A stretch of 64,000 nt of DNA from Ginglymostoma cirratum (lineage: Eukaryota): positions 57,365,650 through 57,429,649 of the forward strand of contig JAHRHZ010000016.1 in NCBI GenBank assembly GCA_024137785.1. Reading direction: 5' to 3'. Every line of letters begins with the position of its first letter. The stretch's first letter is position 1. The position numbers and the translations under genes are program-made. This document shows, one piece after another, positions 52,963-64,000 of the stretch. The notes under the pieces are model-generated. The model made no database searches and was not told the origin of the DNA. It saw only the letters and a list, made by a program, of their open reading frames with translations.

Positions 52963-53949
52963 CTTATGTTTCCGTTTGGTTTTGATGGTGTTTTTGTCTG
53001 TCACTGCTGTAGGGGACTGATAGCTGCATTTACTGTTGGACTCTCTGACCTCAGGCTTCACTGGGGTTGTCTCTGCTGGGGTCTGTCCAGGAATCCTGGA
53101 CAATAGACTGAGATCAAACTTCACCCAAAGTGATTTAATTTCCTCGTAATCTCTCAGGGGCGAAAGAAGTTCATTTTGCGGTAGTGGAAGCGGTGAGAAT
53201 GAGGGTTCCTCTAAGTCAGTAGTAGGTGCCTCAGCAGCAGTGCTACTCGGACAGTTATTGACGCTCCCGCAATCTTTAGGTTGGAGCGAGTTTGTCGTGA
53301 TGGTAGACCCCGCTGGGATTTTCACTGGCATGTGTTCTTCTTGATCTGTGTGGGAATCGGACGAGTCTGTCTCCACAAACTCTCTCGATTTAGGCACAAT
53401 CTTACCAGGCACTCTGTGCTTTTTCCTGTCAACAGCAGGCACCGTGCTGGTTCTTGGCTCTTTCCTGGGTCCCGTTTTGTTAATGGCTGCTCTCGGCTTT
53501 GCTTTGGGTTGTTCAGCTGTAGCTCCTCGGCTGTCTCTTTCTTTGGGAGTACTGCTGGGGTTATTTGGCTTGGCCCAACTCTGTTCCTCCAAGCTGGGAG
53601 TGCATTCCACTCTCCTGGGCTGCTTCTTACCCGTGGTCTTCCTTGGAGGAGCTGGCTCATTGGGTACAGGGGACTTTTGCTTCACACTTTTCCCTTCGGG
53701 GGTTTTCTGTGCAGTCCTTGGTTTAGCTTTCTCCCTGATGGGACTGAGTAAGACCCTATCTTTGGAATCTGGCTGAGGCTGTGATATGGTCTGCTTCCCT
53801 TTGATCTCTTTGTCATTCTGTTGATTGCTTTGAGGTTCAGAATCACCAAGTCCATCACAATCGGTTTGGTTGTTGACGATGGTCTTGTTGTGCGAGTGGA
53901 CTTTGAGCCACTTATCCAATTGCCATTTATTGGTCGATGGTGGTTCAGG
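52963..53949 (-). CDS. AFF2: AFF2 large central coding exon
   Basis: ttctcccag|CCT, 987 nt open frame PEPPSTNKWQLDKWLKV...GKKQP...PGKIVPKSREFVETDSS...ELLSPLRD...LWVKFDLSLLSRIPG...KRKHK, then AAG|GTTAGT. AF4/FMR2 family motifs; IREKAKPR and KIVPKSREF are AFF2-like. Confidence 0.97.
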
Positions 53950-54194
53950 CTGGGAGAAGCAAGAGGAAATGTTACTTCGTCACATTCTGACAACACATAG
54001 TGGCAACAGTCATGACTTCCTGATTCACAACTTTTAAGTTGGAGGAAAAACTCAACTTTTCACACAGCAGATATCAGACAGTCACTCAACCATTTCCCAA
54101 AGGGCTATACACACCTTCCTGATCCCAACACAGTTGGTTATAAAACTGCCCAATCACCCTCATGTGCTAAACTGGGATGCACCCACTAAGTGAT

Positions 54195-54420
54195 ACCTTA
54201 GTCAGGTGGCTCAGTTGGCTGGACAGGTTGTTTGCAATGCAGGATGACACCAACAGCAAAGGTTCAATTCCCACACCAGCTGAGGTTACCATGAAGAACG
54301 TGCTTTCTCAATCTCTCCCCTTGCCTGTGGCACGGTAACCCTCAGGTTAAACCACCACCAGTCATCTGTCTCTCTAATGAGAGAGCAGTCCTGTAAGGGG
54401 GTGGTGACTTTACCTTTCTG
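54195..54420 (+). mobile_element. tRNA-derived SINE (third family)
   Basis: gtggctcagttggctggac...ggttcaattccc...caggttaaaccaccaccagtc. Also at 41510-41625 and 62715-62925. Confidence 0.7.
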
Positions 54421-54939
54421 TTAACTGTCCCCTCAAATAATTTTCCCTGTTCAGGAAAATATCTTGATCCAGAGCTACTGGTGGCACTCAAATCTAACCC
54501 TTCAAACGCAGAGCTTTCAAGACACTTTCACGCATGAGGCATTGTCTGTGTTAACGGGAATCAAGTGCCTATCTGAATTGTCTTTAAAACACGATCTCTC
54601 CTGAGATGTGGGCAGTGCTGACAAGACCGGAATTTATTTTTCCATGTCTAATTGTCCTCCTGAATGAGGTGATCAACCTTTTTCTCGAACTTGCCATCCA
54701 TCAGCTGAAGGGTCACCCACAGTGCAGTTAGGGCGGGATTTCCAGGATTTTGACAAAGCCACGGTGATGGGGTGGTTATGTGTGACCTGGAACAGAACTC
54801 TGTGGTCTCACACCACTGCTGCTCTTTACTATCTGAATGGCAGAGGCAATGAAAACAAAATAAAAAGCAGGACGCGTTCATTTCCATATGAAGCTGTCTA
54901 ATTAGATGGGAGAGTTATCAGACTGGTGAATGGATTCTC

Positions 54940-55130
54940 TAGCCTCAAATAACATTGACCTCGCAAACGTTGCTCTCACTTAGTGCACACCCTGTGCAAT
55001 GTAACCTGTATGCCTCTGTCTAAGTCTTTTTGATCCGTACATCCTTTGCTTACTATGATCGGCCTGTACCACTCATAAACAAAACTTTTCACTGTATTTC
55101 GGCACACCTGACTACAAATCAATCAATCAC
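54940..55130 (+). mobile_element. LINE 3' tail (L2/Rex-like) ending ~15 nt from an AFF2 donor site
   Basis: acaaaacttttcactg...acaaatcaatcaatc. Related copies at 52640-52835 and (minus) 58575-58850. Confidence 0.55.
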
Positions 55131-55145
55131 CAATCAGCTGTGTAC

Positions 55146-55308
55146 CTCTGGCGTTGCACTGCGGGAGTGTTCGTTGCACTCACTGTCACTGGAGCTGCTT
55201 TCGCTGTCTGAGTCAGATTCCGAGCTGCTCCCGGACTCACTGGAGCTGCTGCATCCACCGCTGGAATGGCCGGAGCCTGAAACGTGGGAATTCTGCAAAG
55301 TGATGCTG
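55146..55308 (-). CDS. AFF2: AFF2 coding exon (Ser-rich segment; first exon found in window)
   Basis: ttttag|C AGC ATC... encodes SITLQNSHVSGSGHSSGGCSSSSESGSSSESDSDSESSSSDSECNEHSRSATPE, then GAG|GTACAC donor. 163 nt, phase 2 to 0. Resembles AFF2 SSSESESSSESDSDTESS...ATPE. Confidence 0.93.
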
Positions 55309-55626
55309 CTAAAAGAAAGAAAAGGAGAGTTAGCTCAGCCATTTCCGAAACTGAGCAAGCTTTGTGTTTGATGATCCTGCTAATAGGATGCCTGTGGAAA
55401 AATTGGGTCAATTGAAAGCTTGGACATGATTGGGTGTAGCATCAGAGGTGCGGGACATGGGTGAACATTTGTTTGATGTTAGGGGTGAGGGATGATGGGA
55501 TAAATGGTCAGGAGAGACCACTTTGGAACACCAACAGCATTTAAGAAAGCTTTGCATCCTCCAATAACATGTCCTCACACTAACATCACTGACTCCCTTT
55601 AAAACATACTGCAGCTGTGATGAGAT

Positions 55627-56178
55627 AACAAGGTGTGGAGCTGGATGAACACAGCAGGCCAAGCAGCATCATAGGAGCAGGAAAGCTTGACGTTTCGGGC
55701 CTAGACNNNNNNNNNNNNNNNNNNNNNNNNNNNNNNNNNNNNNNNNNNNNNNNNNNNNNNNNNNNNNNNNNNNNNNNNNNNNNNNNNNNNNNNNNNNNNN
55801 NNNNNNNNNNNNNNNNNNNNNNNNNNNNNNNNNNNNNNNNNNNNNNNNNNNNNNNNNNNNNNNNNNNNNNNNNNNNNNNNNNNNNNNNNNNNNNNNNNNN
55901 NNNNNNNNNNNNNNNNNNNNNNNNNNNNNNNNNNNNNNNNNNNNNNNNNNNNNNNNNNNNNNNNNNNNNNNNNNNNNNNNNNNNNNNNNNNNNNNNNNNN
56001 NNNNNNNNNNNNNNNNNNNNNNNNNNNNNNNNNNNNNNNNNNNNNNNNNNNNNNNNNNNNNNNNNNNNNNNNNNNNNNNNNNNNNNNNNNNNNNNNNNNN
56101 NNNNNNTGGCCTGCTGTGTTCATCCAGCTCCACACCTTGTTATCTCGGATTCTCCAGCATCTGCAGTACCTACTATCT
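55627..56178. mobile_element. Young palindromic Penelope-derived element spanning an assembly gap (N 55707-56106)
   Basis: Perfect inverted arms gagataacaaggtgtggagctggatgaacacagcaggcca / tggcctgctgtgttcatccagctccacaccttgttatctc. 18-bp direct repeat ctgcagctgtgatgagat at 55609-55626 and 56179-56196. Confidence 0.8.
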
Positions 56179-57404
56179 CTGCAGCTGTGATGAGATTATT
56201 CTAGTAACATATATACATATATATATAGTCACTTTTTGAAGATTTTGAATTTTGACCTCGTGGCTATGGGTGTTGGTCTATTTTTATAAAGGGCTTTAAA
56301 ACTAAGTAGGTTCATTTTACAGGAACTATGATTTTAAACTAGAATTCGTCTCCAGGAGTGTCAATGGAAATTTGTTTATGATAGGAGAGAGAAAATATGA
56401 AAGATACAAGTTGGTTTTGTTCAGAATAATCAAGAATTGATTTTAGCTTAGGAAAACCCAGAGGCTGGAAAGCTTTTGGGAAGACCGGACTGAAGTCAGA
56501 TGCAAGCACAGCCTATCCTAGAAAAAGGAGAGCTGTTAAGGAAACAAATTACATCAGCAGAAGAGTTCAGTTACTGCAACATCCAAACCAGGAGTGTTTG
56601 GTTAGAGACCTTTATTATTGGTTATTCAAAGCTGAGGAAATCTAGGATTTCAATTGTGTGAGATTTTTTAAGAAAATTGCAGGGTTACAGGGATAGAGTA
56701 AGGAGGTGGGTTTGGGTGGGATGTTCTTTGGAGGGTCAGTGTGACTTGACAGGCTGAATGGCCTGCTTCCACACTGTAGGGATTCCACGAAAAGGCATTG
56801 CACGAGACTGGAAGTAAGAAGAGGCAGTTCAGTCGAACCTGTACATTTGATAGGGGAGGGAAATTTCCCTAATTTTTTACCCAATAACTGTAAAGTGATG
56901 ATGTGGAGTTGCTAAGTTTTCGTTTTGTCATCTATTTTGAATCTATTCAAACTGAGTTATATTTAGATTGTTTAATTTCATTTATTTTGTTTTTTATTTC
57001 CTTTGTGCAATGAACTTCTATCTTATTGTTAAAATCAACCTCACCGCCTTGTGTGCTTATGTTTCAGTGAAGATTCACCACGGTAAATTAAAACAAATAT
57101 GATCTATCAAGCCATAATTCATTTTGGGACCAACACAGAAAACACTGGACAGGCACAGAAGGTCTGGAAGCATCAGTGGAGACAGAAATAGAGTTAATGT
57201 TTTGAGTCCTGTTCACTGCTGTAGAACCACCAAACTGGACTCGGAATATTAACTTTGTTTCTCTCTCCACAGATGCTGCAGTTTCTCCAGCAATCTTTGT
57301 GTTTCACTTATCTAGAATCTGCAGTACTTTGCTTACATTTGGATGTTTCGTTCTGAGATCTAATTTGTCCAGCAGTAACATCAGCTGGGATCATAACACA
57401 TACC

Positions 57405-57775
57405 TGAAATAACTCCACAGAGGCCAGTCACCAAGACACCCTTTATTTACACGTGGAGAGTCCATGACACTGATCCAGCTCCCTCAGAGCCAGCTTACAG
57501 AGTGAACAGAACCCCTGACATTCCTGCTTATATCTTTCTTTTATTTAACCTATTTATCCTAATCAACTTGTTCAGAGGTGCCATTATACATCTCTAAAGC
57601 AGGTGGGACTTGAACCCACATCTCTTGGTCCAGGGGTAGGGACACTTCAACCACAAGACGGTATTCCTGTTTATATCTGTCAGCCAGGGCTCCCTGATTG
57701 GACCAGGATAACAGCCCCAATCAGGGAACTCAGATTCTATGAGATCCACTTGGCTGACCTCGTTACAATAACAAT
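57405..57775. repeat. Possible solo LTR interrupted by a tRNA-SINE
   Basis: tgaaataact...ttacaataaca termini, internal tttatt and ctgattgg/ccaatcag; TSD-flanked SINE inside. Confidence 0.4.
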
Positions 57776-58849
57776 GTAAAATACTTTGACAATCACCATA
57801 AATAGAATGAAATTCTGTCTTTTTTTGGCCTTTTGACTTTATTCAAAATTTTATTGCATTACATAACACCTGCAAAGAGATGTGAAGTTTAACCTCTGTT
57901 GGTGCTCAAATTTTATTATGGCTTTGGTGCTGTCTAGAAATTCAACATTTCATCTTTAAGTATCAGTTGAGCTCTCTTCACTTAAGTAGTTTAATGATAC
58001 TGTTCTGGAAATGCCATGGCCTGTTCGCTCCTTACTTCAATAACTGACACTCTCTTATCCAAACCATTCACAAAGAGTACACCTTTTTATTTTCGGTAAT
58101 ATCCGCAGAAAAAGATAGAATGGACTGAACCGGCACAAAAACTGAGGGACACAGGGTGGGAATTTAAACATCAGTTTTATTTTTCTTATTGCTTCATGGC
58201 ATGCAGGCATCACTGATAAGGGTGGCTTTTATTCCTGACTCCCATTATGCCTTTGAGAAGGGGGTGGGTGAGCCTTTTGCATGAATACAATGCGATGGCT
58301 TTTGAGGCTATTTCAGGTTGCAGTACTTAATCAGTTCGCCATAGCTATGCATGTTCATTCAGACCAGATTAGGTGAGGACAACAGATTTCCATCCCTAAA
58401 GAATGTTCTTAAAGCCAATGGGTTTTTCATAACATCCTTGTTATTTCACTATTACTGATACTAGTTTTTTTAATTGCAAATTCGATAAAATGTATTTTAT
58501 TGAAATTAATTTTCCACCTTCTACAACAGCATTGGGAACTTATGGTATCCTCATCATTAGTCCATATTGCTAAGGATTTGATTTGATTTCTTATTGTCAC
58601 ATGTACCTAGGTAGAGTGAAAAGTTTTTGCGTGCAGTACAGGCAGGTCATACGATACAAAGTGCATGGGTTATAGAACGGAGTGAGGAATGCAATGTTAT
58701 GGCTGCAGTGAAGGTGCACAAAGACCGAGGTCAGCATTAAATTTTAAATTTGGGAGGTGCATTCAAAAGTTCAATAACAGCGGGGAAGAAGCTGTTCTTG
58801 AACCTATTGGTGCATGTGTTTAACCTTTTGTATCTCCTGCCTGAAGGAA

Positions 58850-59520
58850 GAGGTTAGGGTGGAGAGGTGGCAAGATTGAGGAACTTGAGAGCTTGGTCAA
58901 AAAGCAAAAAAGGGCAAAGGTAAGATTCAGGAAACTAAGACAGACAGAGCACTTGAAGAATACAAAAATAGCAGGAAAGAACTCAAACAAGGAATTACAA
59001 GGGCTAAAAGGGCCGCAAAATGTCTTTGGCAAACAGGATTAAAGAAAATCCCAACGCGTTTTACCCATAAGGAACAAGAGGGTAGCGAGGAAAAGGATAG
59101 TGCTACTCAAGGGCGAAGGAGGGAATTTATGCGTGGAGTGAGAGGCAGTCAATGAGGTCCTTAACGAATATTCTACATCGGTGATCACAATGGAGAATAA
59201 CATGGTGAATGGTTAGTGTCAGGAGGGTTATATTGTTATTCTAGGACATGTCAATATAAAAATGAGGGAGGTATTGGGTGTTTGAAAAGCATTAAAGTAG
59301 ACAAGACCCCAGCACCTGATGGGACCTATCCCAGAATGCTGAGGGAGGCAGGTGTGGAAACTGCAGGGGCCTTGTACAAAATCCTTGTGTCCTCTTTGGT
59401 CACAGAAGAGGGGACCCAGAGGGTTGGGAAATAGCCAACATTGTTTAAAAGGGGCAACAGGGTTAAAATCTGGGTCAATGAGCCTTACGTCAGCAGTCAG
59501 GAAATTATTAGGGAAATTTC
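58850..59520 (+). mobile_element. Decayed CR1 ORF2 linker fragment
   Basis: LKSIKVDKTPAPDGTYPRMLREA...SLTSAVRKLL. Confidence 0.8.
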
Positions 59521-61129
59521 TGTTTTTGTGTATTTCAGATCTCCAGTACCTGCAGTTCTCTGTTGTATTTCCCCAGAAAATTACCCGACTCTCTGGATTA
59601 ATAGTCTAGCAATAATACCACTTGGCCATTGCCTCCCACTACATACATTGAAATCTGAAATGATTTAGTGTAGATCTTTAAAATACGTTTTCAATGATAT
59701 GAAATTATATTGTCCAGAGGTGAAGAGCTGGACACTTTGATTAAAAATTCTTACCTCTGTGCTAAACCTATTTTGAGCTGTATTAATAAAACTACATCAA
59801 GTTATCATACTGAAATACATTACGAATCACAACTTAATGGACAGAGAAGAATGCAGGAAGTGATTCTGTTTTGTTGCATCAACTGATTGTACTGTCTTAT
59901 GCAAGATTTTACGTTTGTGATTATGCAAATAAACGTTAGCACAGAAGTGAAGCCTAACACAAGCAATGCAAAGTCAAGCACATTTTTAGGCCAATTTTTC
60001 AATTGTGGCCAAAGTAGAAATGTTGCCCCTATCATTTCCTGCTAGTGCTGTGTAGATCAGAGAGGCTGATAGTTTTCAAATGCTTCACGAGCTACAGAAC
60101 TCACAGTCGTTCAGTCTGCTAACGACGTGGATCAGGAACAATTATATGCAACAACAGAGAACAGTGAAATCAGGGTCAGTTAGAATTACTGATTAGGCCC
60201 GAGACGTATTAAATTCTCGCTGATTTATTTTTAAGATTTTTATTCTATCTGGCATCAGTCCCTAGCCAGATGTGCAATGCCTTCTGACTATTACACTCTC
60301 CAGTCCTAAGCAAATGTTTCTTCTGGACCATTACGGTCACTGAGATGAGATTTCTTTTCCACCAGAGAAACCTAAACGGGTGATCCATAACATCCATGTT
60401 TTCTGTGCAACCACTCCAGCATAAGCATGCTGTTATTAAATGATCTTCAACACATCATTTACTATAATCGTGTGATAAATTGCCTTGAAGAATAATTTCT
60501 GCACTTTCAGAGATCATAATGTGCAATGACTTGCCTTAAAAATCATTAAACGTCTTAATATATTAAATTATTGCTTTCACACACTGTAATTGTGTAAAAT
60601 CAACTGTTATGGCTATGCTATAATGTCATGATATTCCTCAGAGGGGTAAGATTCGTCAGCTAAATCAAACGTATCGTCGTGAAATTACGACCAATTAAAT
60701 TTAGTGAAACCAATTAAAGTGGTCAGGATTTATTTGATCGATCACTCTGGTTTGAAATCATGCTAATTCACTTAAGACCTTTCTCCTTTCTCTGAGCTAG
60801 TGGTAGAATGAATCCATAATCACTGCACTCCACAGAAACCCAGCATTGTCACAGAACCTGGAAGCAAAATATTTGTTAAAATCATCGCTGGGTGGGCCGC
60901 AGTGGGTGTGGGGGGCTGGTTGAAATCGTTTACTATGCAGGTTCTGAGGGTCTGTGGGATTAACGCTTGCATTCTCTGTTACTGAATCCTGTCACCTCAC
61001 TCATTTTCAAACATATTACGCTGACTAGAGATCTGCCAGAAATGAAAAGACATATTTTGTACTCATCTCTTGTTGTTCATGACTTCAGATCATCCCAAAA
61101 TATTTCCTGGCCAATGAGGAAATTTCTTA

Positions 61130-61740
61130 TTTGTTTGTGGGCATTCCTGGCTCGAACAGTTTGTAGTGCCCATCCCTAACTGCCCTGGAGATGGTATGGG
61201 GGGAACTGCTTTCTTGAATCACTGCAGCCCTTGAGGTGTGGGGTCATTCAGTGAGTTTAGGGAGGGGGCCCCAGTGACAGTGAATGGATGGTGTTATGTT
61301 TCCAACTCTGGATGGTCAATAGCTTCGAGGTACTGTTCCCATGCAGCTGCAGCCCAGGTCACAGATTTGGAACATGCTTCTCTTTAAGGGGGGAGTCTTG
61401 GTGAGTGAATGCAGTGCATCTTGAAGATGGGACACGTTGTTGACATCTTGAGCCAGTGGAGGAGGGATTCAAGCGGGCCACTTTGTCTTGGATGGTGTTA
61501 AGCTTCTTGAGCGTTGTTGGAGTTGCAGTCATCCAGACAATTCGGCAGTATTCCATTACGCTCCTAACTTGTGCTTTGTGGATGGTGGGCAGGTGTTGGG
61601 GAGTCAGAATGCCAGTTTCTCGTTGCTGTACCCCTAGCCTCTGACCGGCTCTGGTAATTATATGGCTAGGCAAGTTCAGTTTCTGGTCAATGGTGCTCCC
61701 AGGATGTTGCTAGTGGGGAATTCAGCGATTGTAATGTAAA
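61130..61740 (-). mobile_element. LINE ORF2 C-terminal fragment plus 3' tail
   Basis: HKAQVRSVMEYC..VWMTATPTTLKKLNTIQDK, then tail gggcagttagggatgggcactacaa. Confidence 0.75.
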
Positions 61741-62844
61741 GCAAATACACTCAGATTCTAACTCACTGGAGATGGTCATTACAAGTACAAATGTTTATAA
61801 ACTGTTTTGCTATAAGAACATCTGCAGTCCACTTGTACATAGTAAATTTGCAGAGGTTTTTGACTGATTTTTTTTCGAGGATGACTTGCCTTGCCTTCCA
61901 TGAAATAGTGCTGTGAAACTTTTGCTTTCATTTGAAGGGGCAAACAGAGCTTTGATTTAATGTCCCTAAACACCTTGCTGTCTTCCAGGATCTAAAATGA
62001 ATCTCACAACTGAGTGAAATAAATGAGATAACAAGGTGTAGAGCTGGATGAACACAGCAGGCCAAGCAGCATCAGAGGAGCAGGAAGGCTGATGTTTAGG
62101 GCCTAGACCCTTCTTTTTATTGCTTGACCCATTTCATGAGATTGGTTATGTTTTGATGAAGGTACGTTTAAATTCTCTCACTGATACTGCCTTTGGTGAG
62201 CTTAGAGAAAATGCTATGCTTTGAATGCCTTTATAAACAGACCTGCATTTATATAGCACCTTTAAGATGCCAAAATGCTTTACAGCCAATCAGGCGATGT
62301 ATAAAACATGGAAGAAAATTTTGCATACAGCAAGGTCCCACAAATAGCAATATCATTTTTTTTTTAGTTGTTGAGTGTAAGCAAAGACATTAGGGATAGC
62401 TCCTCTGCTTTTCCTTGGAATAGTGCCTTGGGATCTTTTATGTACAGCTAAGAATCTGGACAGGGCCTTAGTGCGACAAGGAGCACGAACAGTTGGCCCT
62501 GGCAGACAACAAAGAGTTAGGAAGCCAAATGAAAGGTTGACCTTCATTACAAGAGGATTGGAGTTCAAGGAGAGAAAAGTCTTTCTACAGGACTTGTATA
62601 GGGCTTTAGTCAGACCACACATTAAATAATGACCGTGATCTTGATGTCCATTTTAAAACAAGGATGCACCTGTATTGGGGACAGCATAGCAAAGATTGAT
62701 CCTTGGGAGGGCTGAGAGATGGTCAGTTAGCTCGGTTGGCTGGACAGTTGGTTTGCATTGCAAAGTGGCCGCAACAATATAGGTTCAATTCCTGCCCTGG
62801 CTGAGGTTACTATGAGGGTCTCTCCCCTGTATGGTGACCATCAG

Positions 62845-63072
62845 GTTAAACCACCGCCAGTCATCGCTCTTGAAAAAGTGAGAAACCTTATGGTCTGGTA
62901 GGACTACACTGACCTTACTTTAACATTTTACTGCAATGAGGGAGTGCTACATTGCTGAGCTATGGTCCATCACTCCCTCATTGCAGTAAAAGGTTAAAGC
63001 AAGGTCAGCATAGTCCTACCAGACCATAGGGTTTCTCACCTTTTCAGGAGAGACAACTGATGGTGGTTTAAC
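62845..63072. repeat. Inverted duplication (102-bp arms, 24-bp spacer)
   Basis: 62845-62946 is the reverse complement of 62971-63072; the inner 21 bp are perfect. Confidence 0.9.
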
Positions 63073-63279
63073 TAGTTATGCTTTTTGAGCAATATGAGCG
63101 TTATAACTTATATGATTCATACCTTCTAATAAAAATTCTGTTTTGGTATTCTTACAATCAAAATGAACAATCTCACACTTCCCCCATGTTACACTTCATT
63201 TGGTACTGGGTTGGTCACTCACTTAACCTGACTCTACCACTTTGCATGTCCCTCGCAGTTTACACTGCCACGAATCTTT

Positions 63280-64000
63280 GTTATCATTAGCAAATGTAGA
63301 TGCACTATTTTCTGTCTCTTTGTCTAAGTCATTAATATTGATTATAAATAGTTAAAGCCCCAGCATTGATCCTGGTGGCACTCAGTCTGCCAACTTGATA
63401 ATGCCCCTTTATCTCCGTTCTCTGTTTCCTGTCTGTAAATCAATGTTCTATCTATGCCAATATATCATCCCCAACTCTATGAATCCTTAGGTTGTCTATT
63501 AAGCTTCAGTGTGACACCGTATTGTGTGCCTTTTAGAAATCCAAGTGTACAATATCTCCCTGATCTACCCTTCTAGCTGCATCTTCAAAATACTCCAAAG
63601 GATTAGTCAAGTAAGATTTCTCTTTTGTAAAAAGATATTGGCATGTTCCAATCATACTATGATTTTCTCCAAGCATTGCTAAAAAGAATTCCTTAATAGA
63701 TTCCACAACTTTGATGACAGGCTAGAGGGCCTGTAATTCCCTGTATTCTCTCTTTCTCCTTTCCCGAAGTAGTGCTACATTTCATAATTTCCAATCTGCT
63801 GGGACCACTCCAGAATCTAGGGAATTTTGCAAAAAACATAGCCAGTACATTCACTCTCTTTTGCATCCTGAGGATATCAAGTCCTGGGGATTTGTCAGAT
63901 TTTAGTCCCTTGTGTTTTGCCAGTATCTTTTTTTTTTCTGCTGATATTAATTACTTTAATTGCATCACTCGTATTAAGCTTTGGTTATTCCCTATTTCTG
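63280..64000 (-). mobile_element. Old CR1 RT fragment
   Basis: Degenerate counterpart of 4260-5030 (gccttttagaaatccaagtg corresponds to YLDF.KA; aggcct-gtaattccctg). Confidence 0.7.

Noticed and set aside
52921-53919. Stand-alone 332-aa gene as given in the ORF track
   Set aside because: It starts at a TTG inside the exon and reads past the splice donor. The true unit is exon 52963-53949.
53281-53996. Overlapping antisense and alternative-frame ORFs of 104-156 aa
   Set aside because: Shadows of the large AFF2 exon; no independent motifs or splice support.

Overview
Eukaryotic, repeat-rich vertebrate DNA. The repeat landscape (HE1-type V-SINEs, Deu-domain SINEs, CR1/HER1-type LINEs, Penelope-like elements) points to a shark; this is inference. 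The only host gene is the 3' two-thirds of AFF2 (FMR2, AF4/FMR2 family) on the minus strand. I traced 12 GT-AG coding exons from 55308 down to the stop at 24835; they splice in frame to 793 codons plus stop. A probable ~10.9-kb 3'UTR ends near twin AATAAA signals at ~13980. The upstream exons appear to lie outside the window. The rest is retroelement debris, including a near full-length decayed CR1 at ~3.4-8.0 kb, plus two 400-N assembly gaps. The most notable non-gene signal is a dispersed family of ~90-230-bp non-coding, TSD-flanked elements, as single arms or palindromes. They carry minimal type-I hammerhead-ribozyme cores (CUGAnGA-stemII-GAAACGU(C/U)) and share their terminus with a GIY-YIG Penelope fragment in the same window. 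A second, decayed hammerhead-like family lies in the putative 3'UTR. Other points: a multi-layer nested insertion at 28.6-30.5 kb, a candidate 54-nt in-frame cassette exon, and a ~230-bp intronic hairpin. Repeat family names come from recall of consensus motifs, not database searches, and repeat boundaries are approximate.
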